The notes under the pieces were generated by a model. That model searched no databases, was not told the DNA's origin, and saw only the letters and a program-made list of their open reading frames with translations. A stretch of 43,601 bases of DNA, taken from contig CAYYQL010000020.1 of the NCBI GenBank assembly GCA_964473825.1, forward strand, positions 1-43,601, in the 5' to 3' direction. Below are positions 16,554-26,895 of this stretch, piece by piece; within the stretch, counting starts at the first letter, position 1, and each line of letters opens with the position of its first letter. The stretch is from an uncultured archaeon. Lineage in GTDB: Archaea; Asgardarchaeota; Thorarchaeia; Thorarchaeales; Thorarchaeaceae. The position numbers were made by a program, and so were the translations under genes.

Positions 16554-17174
16554 CTACAACATCTTGCCTTCCGGGAGTTCGTTGAGTAGGAGTCCCTCTT
16601 TCTCGGCTTCCGCAATAGCCTTTGCAGCTTTTCTCCCTCCGATTGATTCGAGTGAACCGGCTGCCGTCTGTCTCACAAAGAGCGATTCGTCCTGAAGGAC
16701 CTCTATCAATACATCAATGGCTTTCTTGTCACCGCGTTCTCCCAGTTTCAACGCGGCCTGCAGGCGGACCATGTACCTCGGATCGTTCAGACAGTCAATG
16801 AGGTAAGTCGTGGCTTGGGGATGATCGATGTTAGCCAGTCCATCAACCGCTCCGAGTGCAACTTGTTGGTCTGCACTGTGGAGTTCCACGAGATAGTCTT
16901 GGATCATCTGGTCAATCGGTGCAGTCTTCTTTGCCGCTGTCTTCTTGGGATGCTTCTTCACAACTTGCTTTGGAGATGAGAGCTTATTGGCTGATGCAAT
17001 CATCTTCTTGGCGGTCGTGGTTCCAAGACCATCTACTTTCTGAGCCAACCTGGCTGGTTCATACTTGGCTAGACTGGCGACGGTCTTTATTCCTGCATTT
17101 CTCAGCTTCTCCTCGGTCTTCGGTCCTATGCCCGATACATCCGAAAGCTTGGGTCTGCCAGATTTCTTCGTCAC
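16554..17174 (-). CDS. Helix-hairpin-helix domain plus HEAT (PBS-lyase-like) repeat protein
   Basis: LSDVSGIGPKTEEKLRNAGI and VDGLGTTTAKK HhH motifs; L.D....VR..AA..LG repeats. Confidence 0.88.
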   Translation of the reverse strand: MTKKSGRPKLSDVSGIGPKTEEKLRNAGIKTVASLAKYEPARLAQKVDGLGTTTAKKMIASANKLSSPKQVVKKHPKKTAAKKTAPIDQMIQDYLVELHSADQQVALGAVDGLANIDHPQATTYLIDCLNDPRYMVRLQAALKLGERGDKKAIDVLIEVLQDESLFVRQTAAGSLESIGGRKAAKAIAEAEKEGLLLNELPEGKML

Positions 17175-17424
17175 GAGAGTCCCACCTTACGATGCTGTAC
17201 TGTGAATAGTCTGGCTATTAAATCCATTACCATAATGTCATTTTGTTTGCATTTCTCTGAAACTTGACGAGTGACCAACCATGGATAGGTGTCATCTTTT
17301 GATCGGATGGTTGGAGCAATCGGCGATTCTTGCAGCAGCTGGAGGAAACCCTGCGATAACCGCCTCTTTGGGAGAACACAAAACCCTTTTGAGACATGTC
17401 AGGAGTCGGGTGTGTGGTGAACGA

Positions 17425-19098
17425 ATGGTGAGGATAGCCATGGCACAATTGAACCCAACAGTGGGCGACTTCGAGGGTAACAGGCGATTGGTGTGTGAGT
17501 ATATCGAGCGTGCAAAGACTGCTGGAGCAGACATCGTCGTGTTTCCCGAGCTTGTTATCAGTGGCTATCCGCCCCAAGACCTGTTGAACGCCAGAGCCTT
17601 CTTGGAAGACAATCAGAGATCATTGGAACTTATTCGTGATTCAGTAGAAGGAATAGTCGCCATCGTCGGATCTGTGGAGTACAAGTCAGACTGGCGACTG
17701 TATAATAGTGCGGCTGTAATCCAAGATGGTCGGATACTCGCAATGGTTCGCAAGACCTTGCTTCCGACCTACGACGTGTTTGATGAGGAGAGGTACTTTG
17801 AGGCGAATCCTTCCGACGATATAGAACCCGTTGAGGTCATGATAGACGACAATGTCTACAGACTTGGGGTAGAGATCTGTGAGGACCTGTGGGATGATGA
17901 TTACAGCGTCAAGGTCACCGACACTCTTGTTGAGCATGGAGCACACATCATCATCAACATTTCGTCCTCCCCGTTTCATGTGGGAAAACGCATAGAACGT
18001 TTCAAACTCATGCATGATCGTGCCAAGAGACTAGAGGTTCCAGTCTTGTTGACCAATCTGGTTGGCGGGCAGGACGAACTGGTCTTTGATGGGCATAGCC
18101 AAGCTGTTGATGCTTCGGGTGTTCTTGTTTGCCTTGCCAAGCAGTTCGAAGAGGATCTGGCTTTGGTTGACCTTGACGCAAAGAGTGGGCTTGCCGAGCC
18201 AATCTCTGAGCCAACATACGACAGGGATGCTGAGATATTCAACGCCATTGTGCTTGGCATTCGAGACTACTTCAGAAAGACAGGGTTCAAGATGGCTGTT
18301 CTGGGGCTGAGTGGAGGAATAGACTCAGCAGTCACAGCCTGTATCGCAGCGGAGGCCTTGGGCTCGGAGAACATCATTGGAGTCTCGATGCCCTCAAAGT
18401 ACTCCAGTACACATAGCAAGACAGACGCTCAGCAGCTTGCTGAGAATCTCGGCATGCATTACATCCAGTTCTCGATTCAAGACATCGTCAATAGTTATCA
18501 TGATGGACTGGCGTCACCTCTTGCCACCATCCGTGATGAATTCGGTCTGACACCTGAAGATGACGATCCCGTGGCGGACGAGAACATTCAGCCCCGAGTG
18601 AGGGGAAACTGCCTCATGGATTTCTCGAACAGGCTGAAGGACCTTAGGATTCTCGTTCTCAACACCGGCAACAAGACTGAGCTCGCACTGGGCTATTGCA
18701 CGCTCTACGGTGATCTGACCGGGGGCGTTGGTGTCATAGGAGATGTGAGCAAACTCCAAGTCTACAGTCTCGCTGAATACTACAATTCTCTCAAGGGTGA
18801 GAAGGTGATTCCACAGAACACTATCGAGAAGCGCCCCTCTGCTGAACTCAAGGAAGACCAATATGATCCCTTCAACTTCGATATTGTGAGTCCGATGGTT
18901 GATGAGATTGTAGAGAATCGCCGTAGCAGACGAGAACTGATTGACATGGGATACCCCGAAGATGTGGTTGATGACGTGTATTCACGATTTGTCAATGCTG
19001 AATACAAACGTTGGCAGGCACCTCCCTGCATACGCATCACGAGAAAGGCATTCGGCACCGGGTGGAAGATGCCCATAGTCAATCACTACATGGGTTGA
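17425..19098 (+). CDS. nadE: Glutamine-dependent NAD+ synthetase
   Basis: Nitrilase-type domain (FPEL, RKTLLPTYDVFDE, ICEDLW) fused to synthetase (GLSGGIDS, ENIQPRVRG, TGNKTE, PSAELK, AEYKRWQAP). Confidence 0.97.
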   Translation: MVRIAMAQLNPTVGDFEGNRRLVCEYIERAKTAGADIVVFPELVISGYPPQDLLNARAFLEDNQRSLELIRDSVEGIVAIVGSVEYKSDWRLYNSAAVIQDGRILAMVRKTLLPTYDVFDEERYFEANPSDDIEPVEVMIDDNVYRLGVEICEDLWDDDYSVKVTDTLVEHGAHIIINISSSPFHVGKRIERFKLMHDRAKRLEVPVLLTNLVGGQDELVFDGHSQAVDASGVLVCLAKQFEEDLALVDLDAKSGLAEPISEPTYDRDAEIFNAIVLGIRDYFRKTGFKMAVLGLSGGIDSAVTACIAAEALGSENIIGVSMPSKYSSTHSKTDAQQLAENLGMHYIQFSIQDIVNSYHDGLASPLATIRDEFGLTPEDDDPVADENIQPRVRGNCLMDFSNRLKDLRILVLNTGNKTELALGYCTLYGDLTGGVGVIGDVSKLQVYSLAEYYNSLKGEKVIPQNTIEKRPSAELKEDQYDPFNFDIVSPMVDEIVENRRSRRELIDMGYPEDVVDDVYSRFVNAEYKRWQAPPCIRITRKAFGTGWKMPIVNHYMG

Positions 19099-19112
19099 CT
19101 TGTCTCTGCGTT

Positions 19113-19805
19113 CTAGCCTCCAAGTAGTACGACCTCGATGATCAAATAGAAGACGCATGCGTTCCCCAGATATAGTGCCATTACTATGTAGGACCAGAAC
19201 AACTTGAGAACATGGCCGTAGTGTCGTATCATGGCATAGATGATGTAGGAGGAGCTTCCCAGAAGGAGCTCAGGGACGACGATGTATACGGCCACAGAGC
19301 TGATTGTTAGTACGTTCTGTGCTGACCAAGAGGGGAGCGCCCACATTGTTGCTTCAGCACCAACGAAGAGTACGAAAGACGTGATCAGTACGGCCAGCTG
19401 GGTTTCCCAAGCAGAGTGCTCTTCCTCCACTCGCAAGCCCACATAGACTATGATGAACAGCGGAATTGACCAGAGACCTGCCATATAGAGCGGCACTGTG
19501 CCTATCATCGGGGAGCCGTCGTTTGGAAAAGAGAGGACCCCTAACTGTGCTGATAGAAACCAGTCAGGCAAGAGTTGGAAGACACTCAAGGGCATAACAA
19601 ACATCCATATTTTGACCCATTCTGTGTGGCCCAGCAGATAACCACCGAAAGGGATCAATGTGTTGTACACAATGACTATGGCCAGCATACGCCATCCTAC
19701 CGGTGTTGCGGTGGGCGAAAACAGTAATGCCAAAGCAACGAACGCGAACAGCAGATGCAGTGTTATCAGGTTACGAATGGGCCTAGCTCGTAGTACTTTC
19801 TCCAT
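19113..19805 (-). CDS. Hypothetical multi-pass membrane protein
   Basis: About 7 hydrophobic segments; PDWFLS and VPLYMAGLW motifs. Confidence 0.82.
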   Translation of the reverse strand: MEKVLRARPIRNLITLHLLFAFVALALLFSPTATPVGWRMLAIVIVYNTLIPFGGYLLGHTEWVKIWMFVMPLSVFQLLPDWFLSAQLGVLSFPNDGSPMIGTVPLYMAGLWSIPLFIIVYVGLRVEEEHSAWETQLAVLITSFVLFVGAEATMWALPSWSAQNVLTISSVAVYIVVPELLLGSSSYIIYAMIRHYGHVLKLFWSYIVMALYLGNACVFYLIIEVVLLGG

Positions 19806-20074
19806 TGGACTCCCTCGGATCTTTCGGTTCCTTGATAGAACTGTTCAGTCAGGCGCTGAAATGGCCCGTGCTCTATTGAATCTTTAGGCCGAATCCGATG
19901 GCCAAGATTCCTGACATACACATGACATCGCATAGCTATGTCGGTGCCTTTCCTGGAGTAGAATTACTGCATTGTTAGGTTACTCCATGTTTCAGTGAAC
20001 GGTCTGTCGGGTCCGATAACTGGAAAGAGAACTGCCGCATATGGAGTATCCTGGAAGCATTTCAAAGAGGGAAG

Positions 20075-20181
20075 GTGGTGGCCAGGACCAATAAGGCATC
20101 GTAGGAGGGGGGGGAGTTATGAGGGCATGTTACAGAAATTAGGTGCCCTACCAGTTGCCTGACCACCACAGTATTCTGTGG
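20075..20181. other. Candidate structured RNA / nested inverted-repeat element
   Basis: Outer stem GTGGTGGCCAGG (20075-20086) / CCTGACCACCAC (20158-20169), inner stem AGGGCA/TGCCCT, G8 run, overlapping hairpin CCACAG-tatt-CTGTGG. Confidence 0.45.
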
Positions 20182-20640
20182 ATTACTGTCTAATAAGCTC
20201 TGTCATGATTGCCGCCCGGAATCAGATGCGCAACATAGGCTTAGAAACATCCGCTAACACGACTCTCTATAATACAGTTTTCAAACAGAGGGCGAGTATG
20301 ATTCATACCTGAAGACCTTTCTAAGAGTGGGGATCCAGCTGGGTAAGTGACAAGATTGTAACTATTGAGAGTGAATGGAGGCGCTCTCTCGAAGTGGCAT
20401 CCCCTCCTGATTTCTGGGACGATGCTCCCCACGAGTATCTCTCAGTCGAAAACCTGTCTCTTGTCTCTGCGGTCTGCTGCTATTGCGTGTTGTTGTCAGG
20501 TGTGGCGAAGCGTTATCATGCAGAGTTGTGTGTGATTTCAAATTCGATGAAGTGTACAGTGTATTTTGAGTATGCGGTTCGCATCGAGTGAAACCCCCTT
20601 TCAAAGGCCACATTAATATGCCAATTTCCTCAGACTCGTC

Positions 20641-21087
20641 ATGATTGTCATGTCAGATGAACACAGATACAAAATGACAACACGAGTTCTCAAACCGATG
20701 TTTGTTGGAGTGGATATTGAAGGAATGGAAGAATTTGAGGTGACCTCGGCGCCCGATTGGTGGCCTGAAGCGCCAGAAGGCAAGTTCTCCCCGCAGACTC
20801 TCCTGGTGGCAGCTTCTGGGTCCTGTTTCACTCTCTCATTCTTCAAGGCAGCAGGCAGTCTTCGGGTTCAGGCTAAGAATGTAGATGTTGTAGCAGAAGG
20901 AATAATGGTTGAAGATGGACCTGTCTGGAGATTCGGGGAGATTAGGCTGGATGTCAAGGTCTACATCTCGAGTGATGAAGACAAGAGCAAGATTGAACGA
21001 GCAGTCAAACTGGCCCATGAATTCTGTCCTATCGCCAACACGTTGAAGTGTCCTACCAAGCTTGATTACGAGATTATAGTATCTTGA
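20641..21087 (+). CDS. OsmC family protein
   Basis: FSPQTLLVAASGSCF and AHEFCPIANTL, the two conserved Cys. Confidence 0.9.
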   Translation: MIVMSDEHRYKMTTRVLKPMFVGVDIEGMEEFEVTSAPDWWPEAPEGKFSPQTLLVAASGSCFTLSFFKAAGSLRVQAKNVDVVAEGIMVEDGPVWRFGEIRLDVKVYISSDEDKSKIERAVKLAHEFCPIANTLKCPTKLDYEIIVS

Positions 21088-21110
21088 TAACGATAGCACT
21101 GGATGCAGTA

Positions 21111-21536
21111 TCAATTCGGTGGTGCAATCACGGGGAGATGGATCTCTGAAGTGTAATCATGACCGCAGGTGCATTCAAGTTTCACAGACCATTTTCTCGG
21201 AACCGGAACATTGAATTCTTCTACTAGTCCCTCAAGACTCATCTTGATTCCTGCAATGAGCGATAGATAGACCTTTGCCAGATTTCGTACTTCTGCAGGG
21301 AAGTCCAGATCGGAGGCGAAGTACTTGACGACCTCCTTACACTGAGGGCACTTGGTCAGAAGCAGATGCGTCCTGTTTGAACACCTCTCACAGTTGATTT
21401 CGACCTGTTCCATCTTGGGCGCTGCAGGGACTTCAAGCTGCGTCACTATCTTGTTGCCACACACACCGCAGAAATAGGTCAGTTCATGGTCATTCACATA
21501 CACTACCTCGGTGTTTCTGACTATGATGCTTTCCAA
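21111..21536 (-). CDS. Hypothetical multi-Cys zinc-binding protein
   Basis: CGVC, CERC, CPQC, CTCGH. Confidence 0.8.
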   Translation of the reverse strand: MESIIVRNTEVVYVNDHELTYFCGVCGNKIVTQLEVPAAPKMEQVEINCERCSNRTHLLLTKCPQCKEVVKYFASDLDFPAEVRNLAKVYLSLIAGIKMSLEGLVEEFNVPVPRKWSVKLECTCGHDYTSEIHLPVIAPPN

Positions 21537-21603
21537 GTTAAAGGTCTGGTGGAGACCATGACCACGGTTTTATAGGTGAGAGAAGACTGCTTGACTGACG
21601 GTC

Positions 21604-22257
21604 ATGGAGTTGCCCGCTATGATGCCTGTTGATTCACTTCAGTCTGGCGATAGTATCGGTGCAAGATTCTTACAGATGTCTACTCTGCCTATGGTCATAT
21701 TTGCCTCTCTCGTTTCGTATTCCCTATCCATCATCTGGTTCTTAAGGACGGGGGCTGAGATGCTTCAGGGCATTGGTCTGACAGGGTTGTATTTCTTGGT
21801 GACAGTTCTAGGAATCCAACTCTATCGTCCGGTGTTCAGACTGTATGAGGAAGATGGACATAGGATTATGGAATACAGCGGACCGGGCTACAATTGGGCG
21901 GTCTTGTTGGAAGGACTAGTCGGGTGTGCCCTGGTTTTCAGCCTTGCGTGTTTTGTTTTCTTGAACTCGTTGCCCTCGAGCCCAGAGATCGCCTCAATTA
22001 TCGCATACTTGGCAATCGGCTTTGATTTTCTTCTGATTCCTTTTATCCCTGTGGTCGCAGGTTCTCCTCGTATCCCCTTTCTCAAGACATCCGTCCGAGT
22101 CCTAGTGTCTGACAAGAATCAGGTCTTAGACGTTCTGGACATTAAAGTAAGCATGTTGGATCTGTCGTGGTTTCCAGTTAGAAACAGGGATGAGCTCTGC
22201 GAATCTGTACTCCAGAGGTTTCAGGAGATGATCACAGAATGTGCTCTTCCTCATTGA
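21604..22257 (+). CDS. Hypothetical membrane protein (4 TM)
   Basis: Four hydrophobic segments, 217 aa. Confidence 0.78.
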   Translation: MELPAMMPVDSLQSGDSIGARFLQMSTLPMVIFASLVSYSLSIIWFLRTGAEMLQGIGLTGLYFLVTVLGIQLYRPVFRLYEEDGHRIMEYSGPGYNWAVLLEGLVGCALVFSLACFVFLNSLPSSPEIASIIAYLAIGFDFLLIPFIPVVAGSPRIPFLKTSVRVLVSDKNQVLDVLDIKVSMLDLSWFPVRNRDELCESVLQRFQEMITECALPH

Positions 22258-22287
22258 TTGTTGCAGATTGAACCATGCCCGTTCCTA

Positions 22288-22524
22288 TCAGTGAACCTTG
22301 CGGATTTTTCGAGCGACCCATATATCGGTGTCGCCTAAGGTCTCTAGGTCGACCTGAACCTCTTGCCCTATTTCCAGAGTTTCGGATTCGGTGTATGTGT
22401 CTACCTTGGCTCTAATGTGTTCGCCGTTTGGCAGCTCAAGGCCGATGTAACCATACTTGATGTCTTTTCCGCCAAATCGGCCAAGTTGATGTGACGCTAT
22501 CCTTCCACTCAAAGTCTTACTCAT
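22288..22524 (-). CDS. Small hypothetical beta-rich (OB-fold-like) protein
   Basis: 78 aa, alternating beta pattern, LEIGQEVQV..WVARKI. Confidence 0.72.
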   Translation of the reverse strand: MSKTLSGRIASHQLGRFGGKDIKYGYIGLELPNGEHIRAKVDTYTESETLEIGQEVQVDLETLGDTDIWVARKIRKVH

Positions 22525-22588
22525 TGATTCTTCACACGTTAACTATAGTAGACAGCTTTATGGCTTTTGTGATACGGGCTTCCGTCTT

Positions 22589-23299
22589 CTACTGTTTCTC
22601 CAGTACTCCAACGTAGATTGATTCATCGCCGAGAATCTCTGAAACTCTCCAACCAGCTCTTTCTGCAATGGACTTCATGAGTGCGGGTGTCGCTAGGAGT
22701 AATTGCCACCAGTCACCAGTCGCTCCTTTATACCGCAGTCTTATCTTGACAAGGCCAGGTGGATTTCCTTTGTCCCTGTTCTGTTCATGATAGGCTAGAT
22801 GAACAGGATTATCGGTAGTGAGAGGGTTTCGTGACTCTGCAAGAATGAGGGCTTCTGGTGAGGTGATGTCATGGAGCCTTCTGAGCATGTCGACAACTCT
22901 GTCAGGATGGCCCAAAATGCCGAAGTTATTTCCGAACATGATAGCAGTGTCGAAGACCCCCTCGGTGAACTCTAGGTTTTCAGCATTCATGAGGCGAACA
23001 TCCTCAACGCCCCTATTCCTGCTCGCCTTTACCGCACCCGGAGACGCGTCTATACCGGTGACCTCATGTCCTTGGTTCTGAAGATAGATGCTGACTCGGC
23101 CAGCACCACAGCCGATATCAAGGACTCTTCCCTTAACCATTCCAACTGCTTCTTGCTGGCCCTCCAGCCACTCCTTAAACTCTGCCACATACTGCTTCCC
23201 CAGACTCTCATCCACGTAACCATCATCACGTTCTATCTCATGGATGGCATCCTTTCCATCGGCTGCATCGAGCAGCACCATTCCAAATACATCGGCCAT
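22589..23299 (-). CDS. Class I SAM-dependent methyltransferase
   Basis: [29 protein letters not shown]; start trimmed to MADVFG. Confidence 0.93.
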   Translation of the reverse strand: MADVFGMVLLDAADGKDAIHEIERDDGYVDESLGKQYVAEFKEWLEGQQEAVGMVKGRVLDIGCGAGRVSIYLQNQGHEVTGIDASPGAVKASRNRGVEDVRLMNAENLEFTEGVFDTAIMFGNNFGILGHPDRVVDMLRRLHDITSPEALILAESRNPLTTDNPVHLAYHEQNRDKGNPPGLVKIRLRYKGATGDWWQLLLATPALMKSIAERAGWRVSEILGDESIYVGVLEKQ

Positions 23300-23402
23300 G
23301 ATACTCCGTTGACAAGAATCTATGAAAAGGCATTCGGACGCCCGCGGCAAAGGATTATTACGTTCTGGTCCACCTTGTAGGTAGGTTCGGAGGAGAAACA
23401 CA

Positions 23403-24113
23403 ATGAGCAAATCTGATATTGAATATGATTTGGAGATAACCATCTACGGGGCTAAGAAAGATGACGTCGACTCCTCCTTCAAGAAGCACATGTTTGCTTC
23501 GGAGGAATCCCACATATATTCGACATGGGTAAATGTCGATGCTTTGAAGAGACTGGCCTTTCTTTTCGAGGGTGGAGTTGAGAGTGCTGGAGGTATCTTT
23601 GAGATCCTCTGCGTTTTTGCCGTGATGGGTGCAGTACTGGCAGCTTTTGCCTTCTGGCAGATTGTCATTGTCTTCGTGGTGATTGCCGTACTGACTCTAC
23701 TGAGTGGCGGAGCGGCGCTGAAGTATGTTCGTTCCACAAAGATTCAAACCTTGGCCGAGAGAATTGAACCTCAGGCATTGGATGCATTTGTGGATGAACA
23801 ACTCAAAGAAGGGCGATTTGTCAGGGTTAGTGCTGAGGATTCAATGGACCTTTCTGAGCGACTGCTCGACTCGAATAGTGCGACGGATACGTTCCGCTAC
23901 GGAATCATAACGGCGATACTCATTGCAACGTTGTTTTTCATCGTGGAAGTGTTGTATCTACTTCTATACCAGTCTTGGATGACAGACACATGGTTTCTTG
24001 CTGTCTGGGGCATCGCCTTTCTAGTCGCTGTCGTGACCATGGACGTTGGGGCGCTCTGGCGGCATAATCTGGCACACCACATCGGCGAGAAATATCGCGA
24101 ACTAAGCGAATGA
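23403..24113 (+). CDS. Hypothetical membrane protein
   Basis: Two hydrophobic hairpins separated by a soluble segment. Confidence 0.8.
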   Translation: MSKSDIEYDLEITIYGAKKDDVDSSFKKHMFASEESHIYSTWVNVDALKRLAFLFEGGVESAGGIFEILCVFAVMGAVLAAFAFWQIVIVFVVIAVLTLLSGGAALKYVRSTKIQTLAERIEPQALDAFVDEQLKEGRFVRVSAEDSMDLSERLLDSNSATDTFRYGIITAILIATLFFIVEVLYLLLYQSWMTDTWFLAVWGIAFLVAVVTMDVGALWRHNLAHHIGEKYRELSE

Positions 24114-24124
24114 TGCTAGTCGAT

Positions 24125-25441
24125 TCAGACAACATCGAACACAATGGACCAGAACTCTCTCTCGGAGACCCCCGTACGGAGACTGTCAATCTCCTTCCTG
24201 ACTCTCTCAAAATCCTCAACAGATTGCTGCTTCTTCTGAGCCTCGTGATTGCTCTTGACTCTCTCAGTAATCTCTCTGACTTGATTCGGAGTGGCTTTCA
24301 CTCCTCCCATCTTCAGCAAGTATTCCACGTAGCCTCGCCCTACGAACTTACCGAGATGAAATTCTCTTTTTCTTCCCACGGTGCTGGGGCTGATTGGTTC
24401 ATAGGTCATTGAGTGAGTTAGTTGTCCATGGGAGTGAATGCCGCTGGAATGTGTGAAGGCATTTGCACCCGATATTGCCTTATGAAGTGGTAATGGAACT
24501 GCGAAGTACTTCTCTACCATCTTTGAGAGCTGGTAGAGCTTCTCGGTAGCAATACCGGTGTTAATGCCATACAACTCCTCTAGCACCATCACAATCTCCT
24601 CAAATGCTGCATTACCTGCTCGTTCACCATAGGCGTTTACGCAGACTTGGGGATAGGTTGCACCCTCTTCAATGGCTGTCAGCGTGTTGGCTGTGGCAAG
24701 ACCGAAGTCATCGTGACAGTGTACTGCGATGGGCACCTTGTACTTACTACTTGTCCAGAGACGCTCCTTTATGCCTTTCATGATGTATCTCATGACTTCT
24801 GGTCTGACGAAACCCACAGTGTCAGCCACACAGATCTTATCGGCCCCTGCATCGATTGCAGTTCTATATGCCTCTACCAGGAAGTCGAGTTCAGACCTTG
24901 TAGAGTCTTCAGCAATGTAGTCTATGGTGAGTCCGTGGTCCTTTCCATATTCGATGCAACTGCTCAGACGTTCTAGCATGTCTTCTCGAGTCATCTTCAG
25001 TTGATACTTCAATCTGAAGTCTGATGCTGCTATGAAGATGGGTACTTCTTCGACTTCTGCCTCGATGCATGCGTCAATATCTGAGATGACTGCACGTGCA
25101 GGAGCACCCACAGTTGCTCTACTCAGGCCCTCTTTTGCAATCGTCGCAACAGTGTTTTTCTCGTCGTTACTGACCGCCGGGAATCCCACAACAACGATGG
25201 CTGTGCCAATCTCGTCAAGCATCTTGGCGATGGATATCTTCTCATCTACCGTCAATACAACTCCCGGTGTCTGTTCTCCGTCGCGGAGAGTTTCATCCCA
25301 AATCCAGACGCGGGAGGGCAAACTGGGTGGCTTCGTACTCTCTTCTCGATTGTAGTTGACAGCTAGGCCGGCCTTTTCCAGGGATTCCATAAGCTGGGTT
25401 CTACCTCTTCCTTCTTGTATCTTCAGTTTGGTACGATTCAC
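24125..25441 (-). CDS. DRE-TIM metallolyase (homocitrate/isopropylmalate/citramalate synthase family) without the C-terminal allosteric domain
   Basis: DETLRDGEQTPG, HCHDDFG, GERAGNA, HSSGIH, YEPI; 438 aa. Confidence 0.92.
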   Translation of the reverse strand: MNRTKLKIQEGRGRTQLMESLEKAGLAVNYNREESTKPPSLPSRVWIWDETLRDGEQTPGVVLTVDEKISIAKMLDEIGTAIVVVGFPAVSNDEKNTVATIAKEGLSRATVGAPARAVISDIDACIEAEVEEVPIFIAASDFRLKYQLKMTREDMLERLSSCIEYGKDHGLTIDYIAEDSTRSELDFLVEAYRTAIDAGADKICVADTVGFVRPEVMRYIMKGIKERLWTSSKYKVPIAVHCHDDFGLATANTLTAIEEGATYPQVCVNAYGERAGNAAFEEIVMVLEELYGINTGIATEKLYQLSKMVEKYFAVPLPLHKAISGANAFTHSSGIHSHGQLTHSMTYEPISPSTVGRKREFHLGKFVGRGYVEYLLKMGGVKATPNQVREITERVKSNHEAQKKQQSVEDFERVRKEIDSLRTGVSEREFWSIVFDVV

Positions 25442-25995
25442 TCAAATCTGTAGTGGCCGTGGTCCGAGATGGACGCAAGGCTCTTATCCAGGGCCTCGGT
25501 TTGCGCCTCATACTCCTCCTTCGATACACTGCCAGCATCCAGTGCTTTCTTTGCTTTGCCCTTCTTGTACTCGATTTTGGACTTGGCTACGTGCGACAGC
25601 CGCAGAGAATTCTCAATCATGGACTCTGTTCCTGTCAACTCGCCTATTCCTTCAAGAAGAGGTCTCCAGCAAATCTCCTCTATATGAAACGCGTACTCTA
25701 GTCCTCTCTCTTGAACTCTTTCCCATAACGGGCATCTTTTCACAATTATCTCAGTTCCCTTGAGTTCTAAATCCTGCCCAATTGAGGTCAGGATAGATGC
25801 TGCTATTTCAGCGGCAGCCTCAGGGCCGCTCCCTCCTGCTCTCTTCGCGGCCTCTCGTCCTATCTGCTTGAAACCTCTGCTATATCCATCGTGCATCGAG
25901 AGTGCTCCAGTAGTATCTCTCAGTCCCCACCAGAGCCCATCAAGAAATGCTACAAAACCCTCCTGAAGTGTGTTGAGATCTTCCATGGTTTTCAT
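25438..25995 (-). CDS. Hypothetical protein, possible V4R/ligand-binding-like fold with short helical C-terminal tail
   Basis: IVKRCPLW...EEIC motif; ATGA overlaps with both neighbours. Confidence 0.75.
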   Translation of the reverse strand: MKTMEDLNTLQEGFVAFLDGLWWGLRDTTGALSMHDGYSRGFKQIGREAAKRAGGSGPEAAAEIAASILTSIGQDLELKGTEIIVKRCPLWERVQERGLEYAFHIEEICWRPLLEGIGELTGTESMIENSLRLSHVAKSKIEYKKGKAKKALDAGSVSKEEYEAQTEALDKSLASISDHGHYRFE

Positions 25996-26735
25996 TCCTC
26001 CACCTCGAAGTTGTTACCCCATTCGTCAATGAAGGCTATCTCCTCCGGTGGTTGTCGAGGTGGTCCCAGTGTCCTTTCGTATTTCGCATATCCGAGAGTC
26101 AGACACAGTATCGGCACCCAGTGAGGGTGAGGAATCTTCAGACGTTCACAGACAGCTCGGATATCGTCGAAATGATCAAGCTGAACAGAAGACACACAGC
26201 TTCCGAGACCTAGAGATGCAGCTGCGAGTGTCATATTCTGTAACATCATTGAGCCTGCAATGATGGCGTGACGCGGTGCAGACCATCCATACACTCCGCC
26301 CGTCCCTCTGAGCGTGGGTTGCGAATTACCCACATGAGTGCGGTCAACAGCCAGAACAAGCAGTACCGGAGCGCCATCGGTTTCCATATTCCCCTTGATA
26401 TACTCAAATCGTTCTCCTGTGATGAGGATGTCAATGGTCCTCTCAAGGCTCGCCTTAGAACGGATATATGACAGTCTTCTCTCAAGTTCTTGCCGCGGGG
26501 TTGCTCTCCCAAAGAGCTCGATGGTTCTATCCACGGCCATCTGACCTATGAACTCCTGCGTTTCTTTGTCCTTCACAACGATGATACGCCATGGCTGCTG
26601 GTTTTCTGCACTTGGTGCATACGTCCCAGCCTCAATCACTTTGTATATCAACTCGTCCGGAACTTCGCGTTCATTGTCATAGTCTCTGATAGCACGTCGT
26701 TCCTTTATCATTGAGATTGTATCGTTATCCTGCAA
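25992..26735 (-). CDS. Nitroreductase family flavoprotein
   Basis: RRAIRDY, APSAENQQPWRIIVV, QNMTLAAASLGLGSC, LGYA. Confidence 0.93.
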   Translation of the reverse strand: MQDNDTISMIKERRAIRDYDNEREVPDELIYKVIEAGTYAPSAENQQPWRIIVVKDKETQEFIGQMAVDRTIELFGRATPRQELERRLSYIRSKASLERTIDILITGERFEYIKGNMETDGAPVLLVLAVDRTHVGNSQPTLRGTGGVYGWSAPRHAIIAGSMMLQNMTLAAASLGLGSCVSSVQLDHFDDIRAVCERLKIPHPHWVPILCLTLGYAKYERTLGPPRQPPEEIAFIDEWGNNFEVEE

Positions 26736-26764
26736 GATACTCAGTCTCCGCCTTGATGACGTTC

Positions 26765-26781
26765 GCCGAATTTATTTCGGC
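26765..26781. promoter_or_regulatory. Palindrome (possible operator) upstream of the nitroreductase operon
   Basis: GCCGAA-tttat-TTCGGC, 30 nt upstream of the start and next to CTTAAG. Confidence 0.4.
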
Positions 26782-26844
26782 CTTAAGTAGCTAACTGCTC
26801 CTTTGCTCCTGTGATGTCCATAGCGATTCTCGGAAAGCGCTGTC

Positions 26845-26868
26845 CCAGGGGACAAAGACGTCCCCCGG
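26845..26868 (-). terminator. Hairpin downstream of acyl-CoA dehydrogenase
   Basis: GGGGAC-aaagac-GTCCCC stem about 30 nt after the stop. Confidence 0.45.
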
Positions 26869-26895
26869 CACAGGTTACTCTACTCTCGTCTCGAT

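Noticed and set aside
20241-20613. Short ORFs (63-83 aa) on both strands as genes
   Set aside because: They overlap each other and have no recognisable motifs; possibly a decayed remnant, but not supportable.
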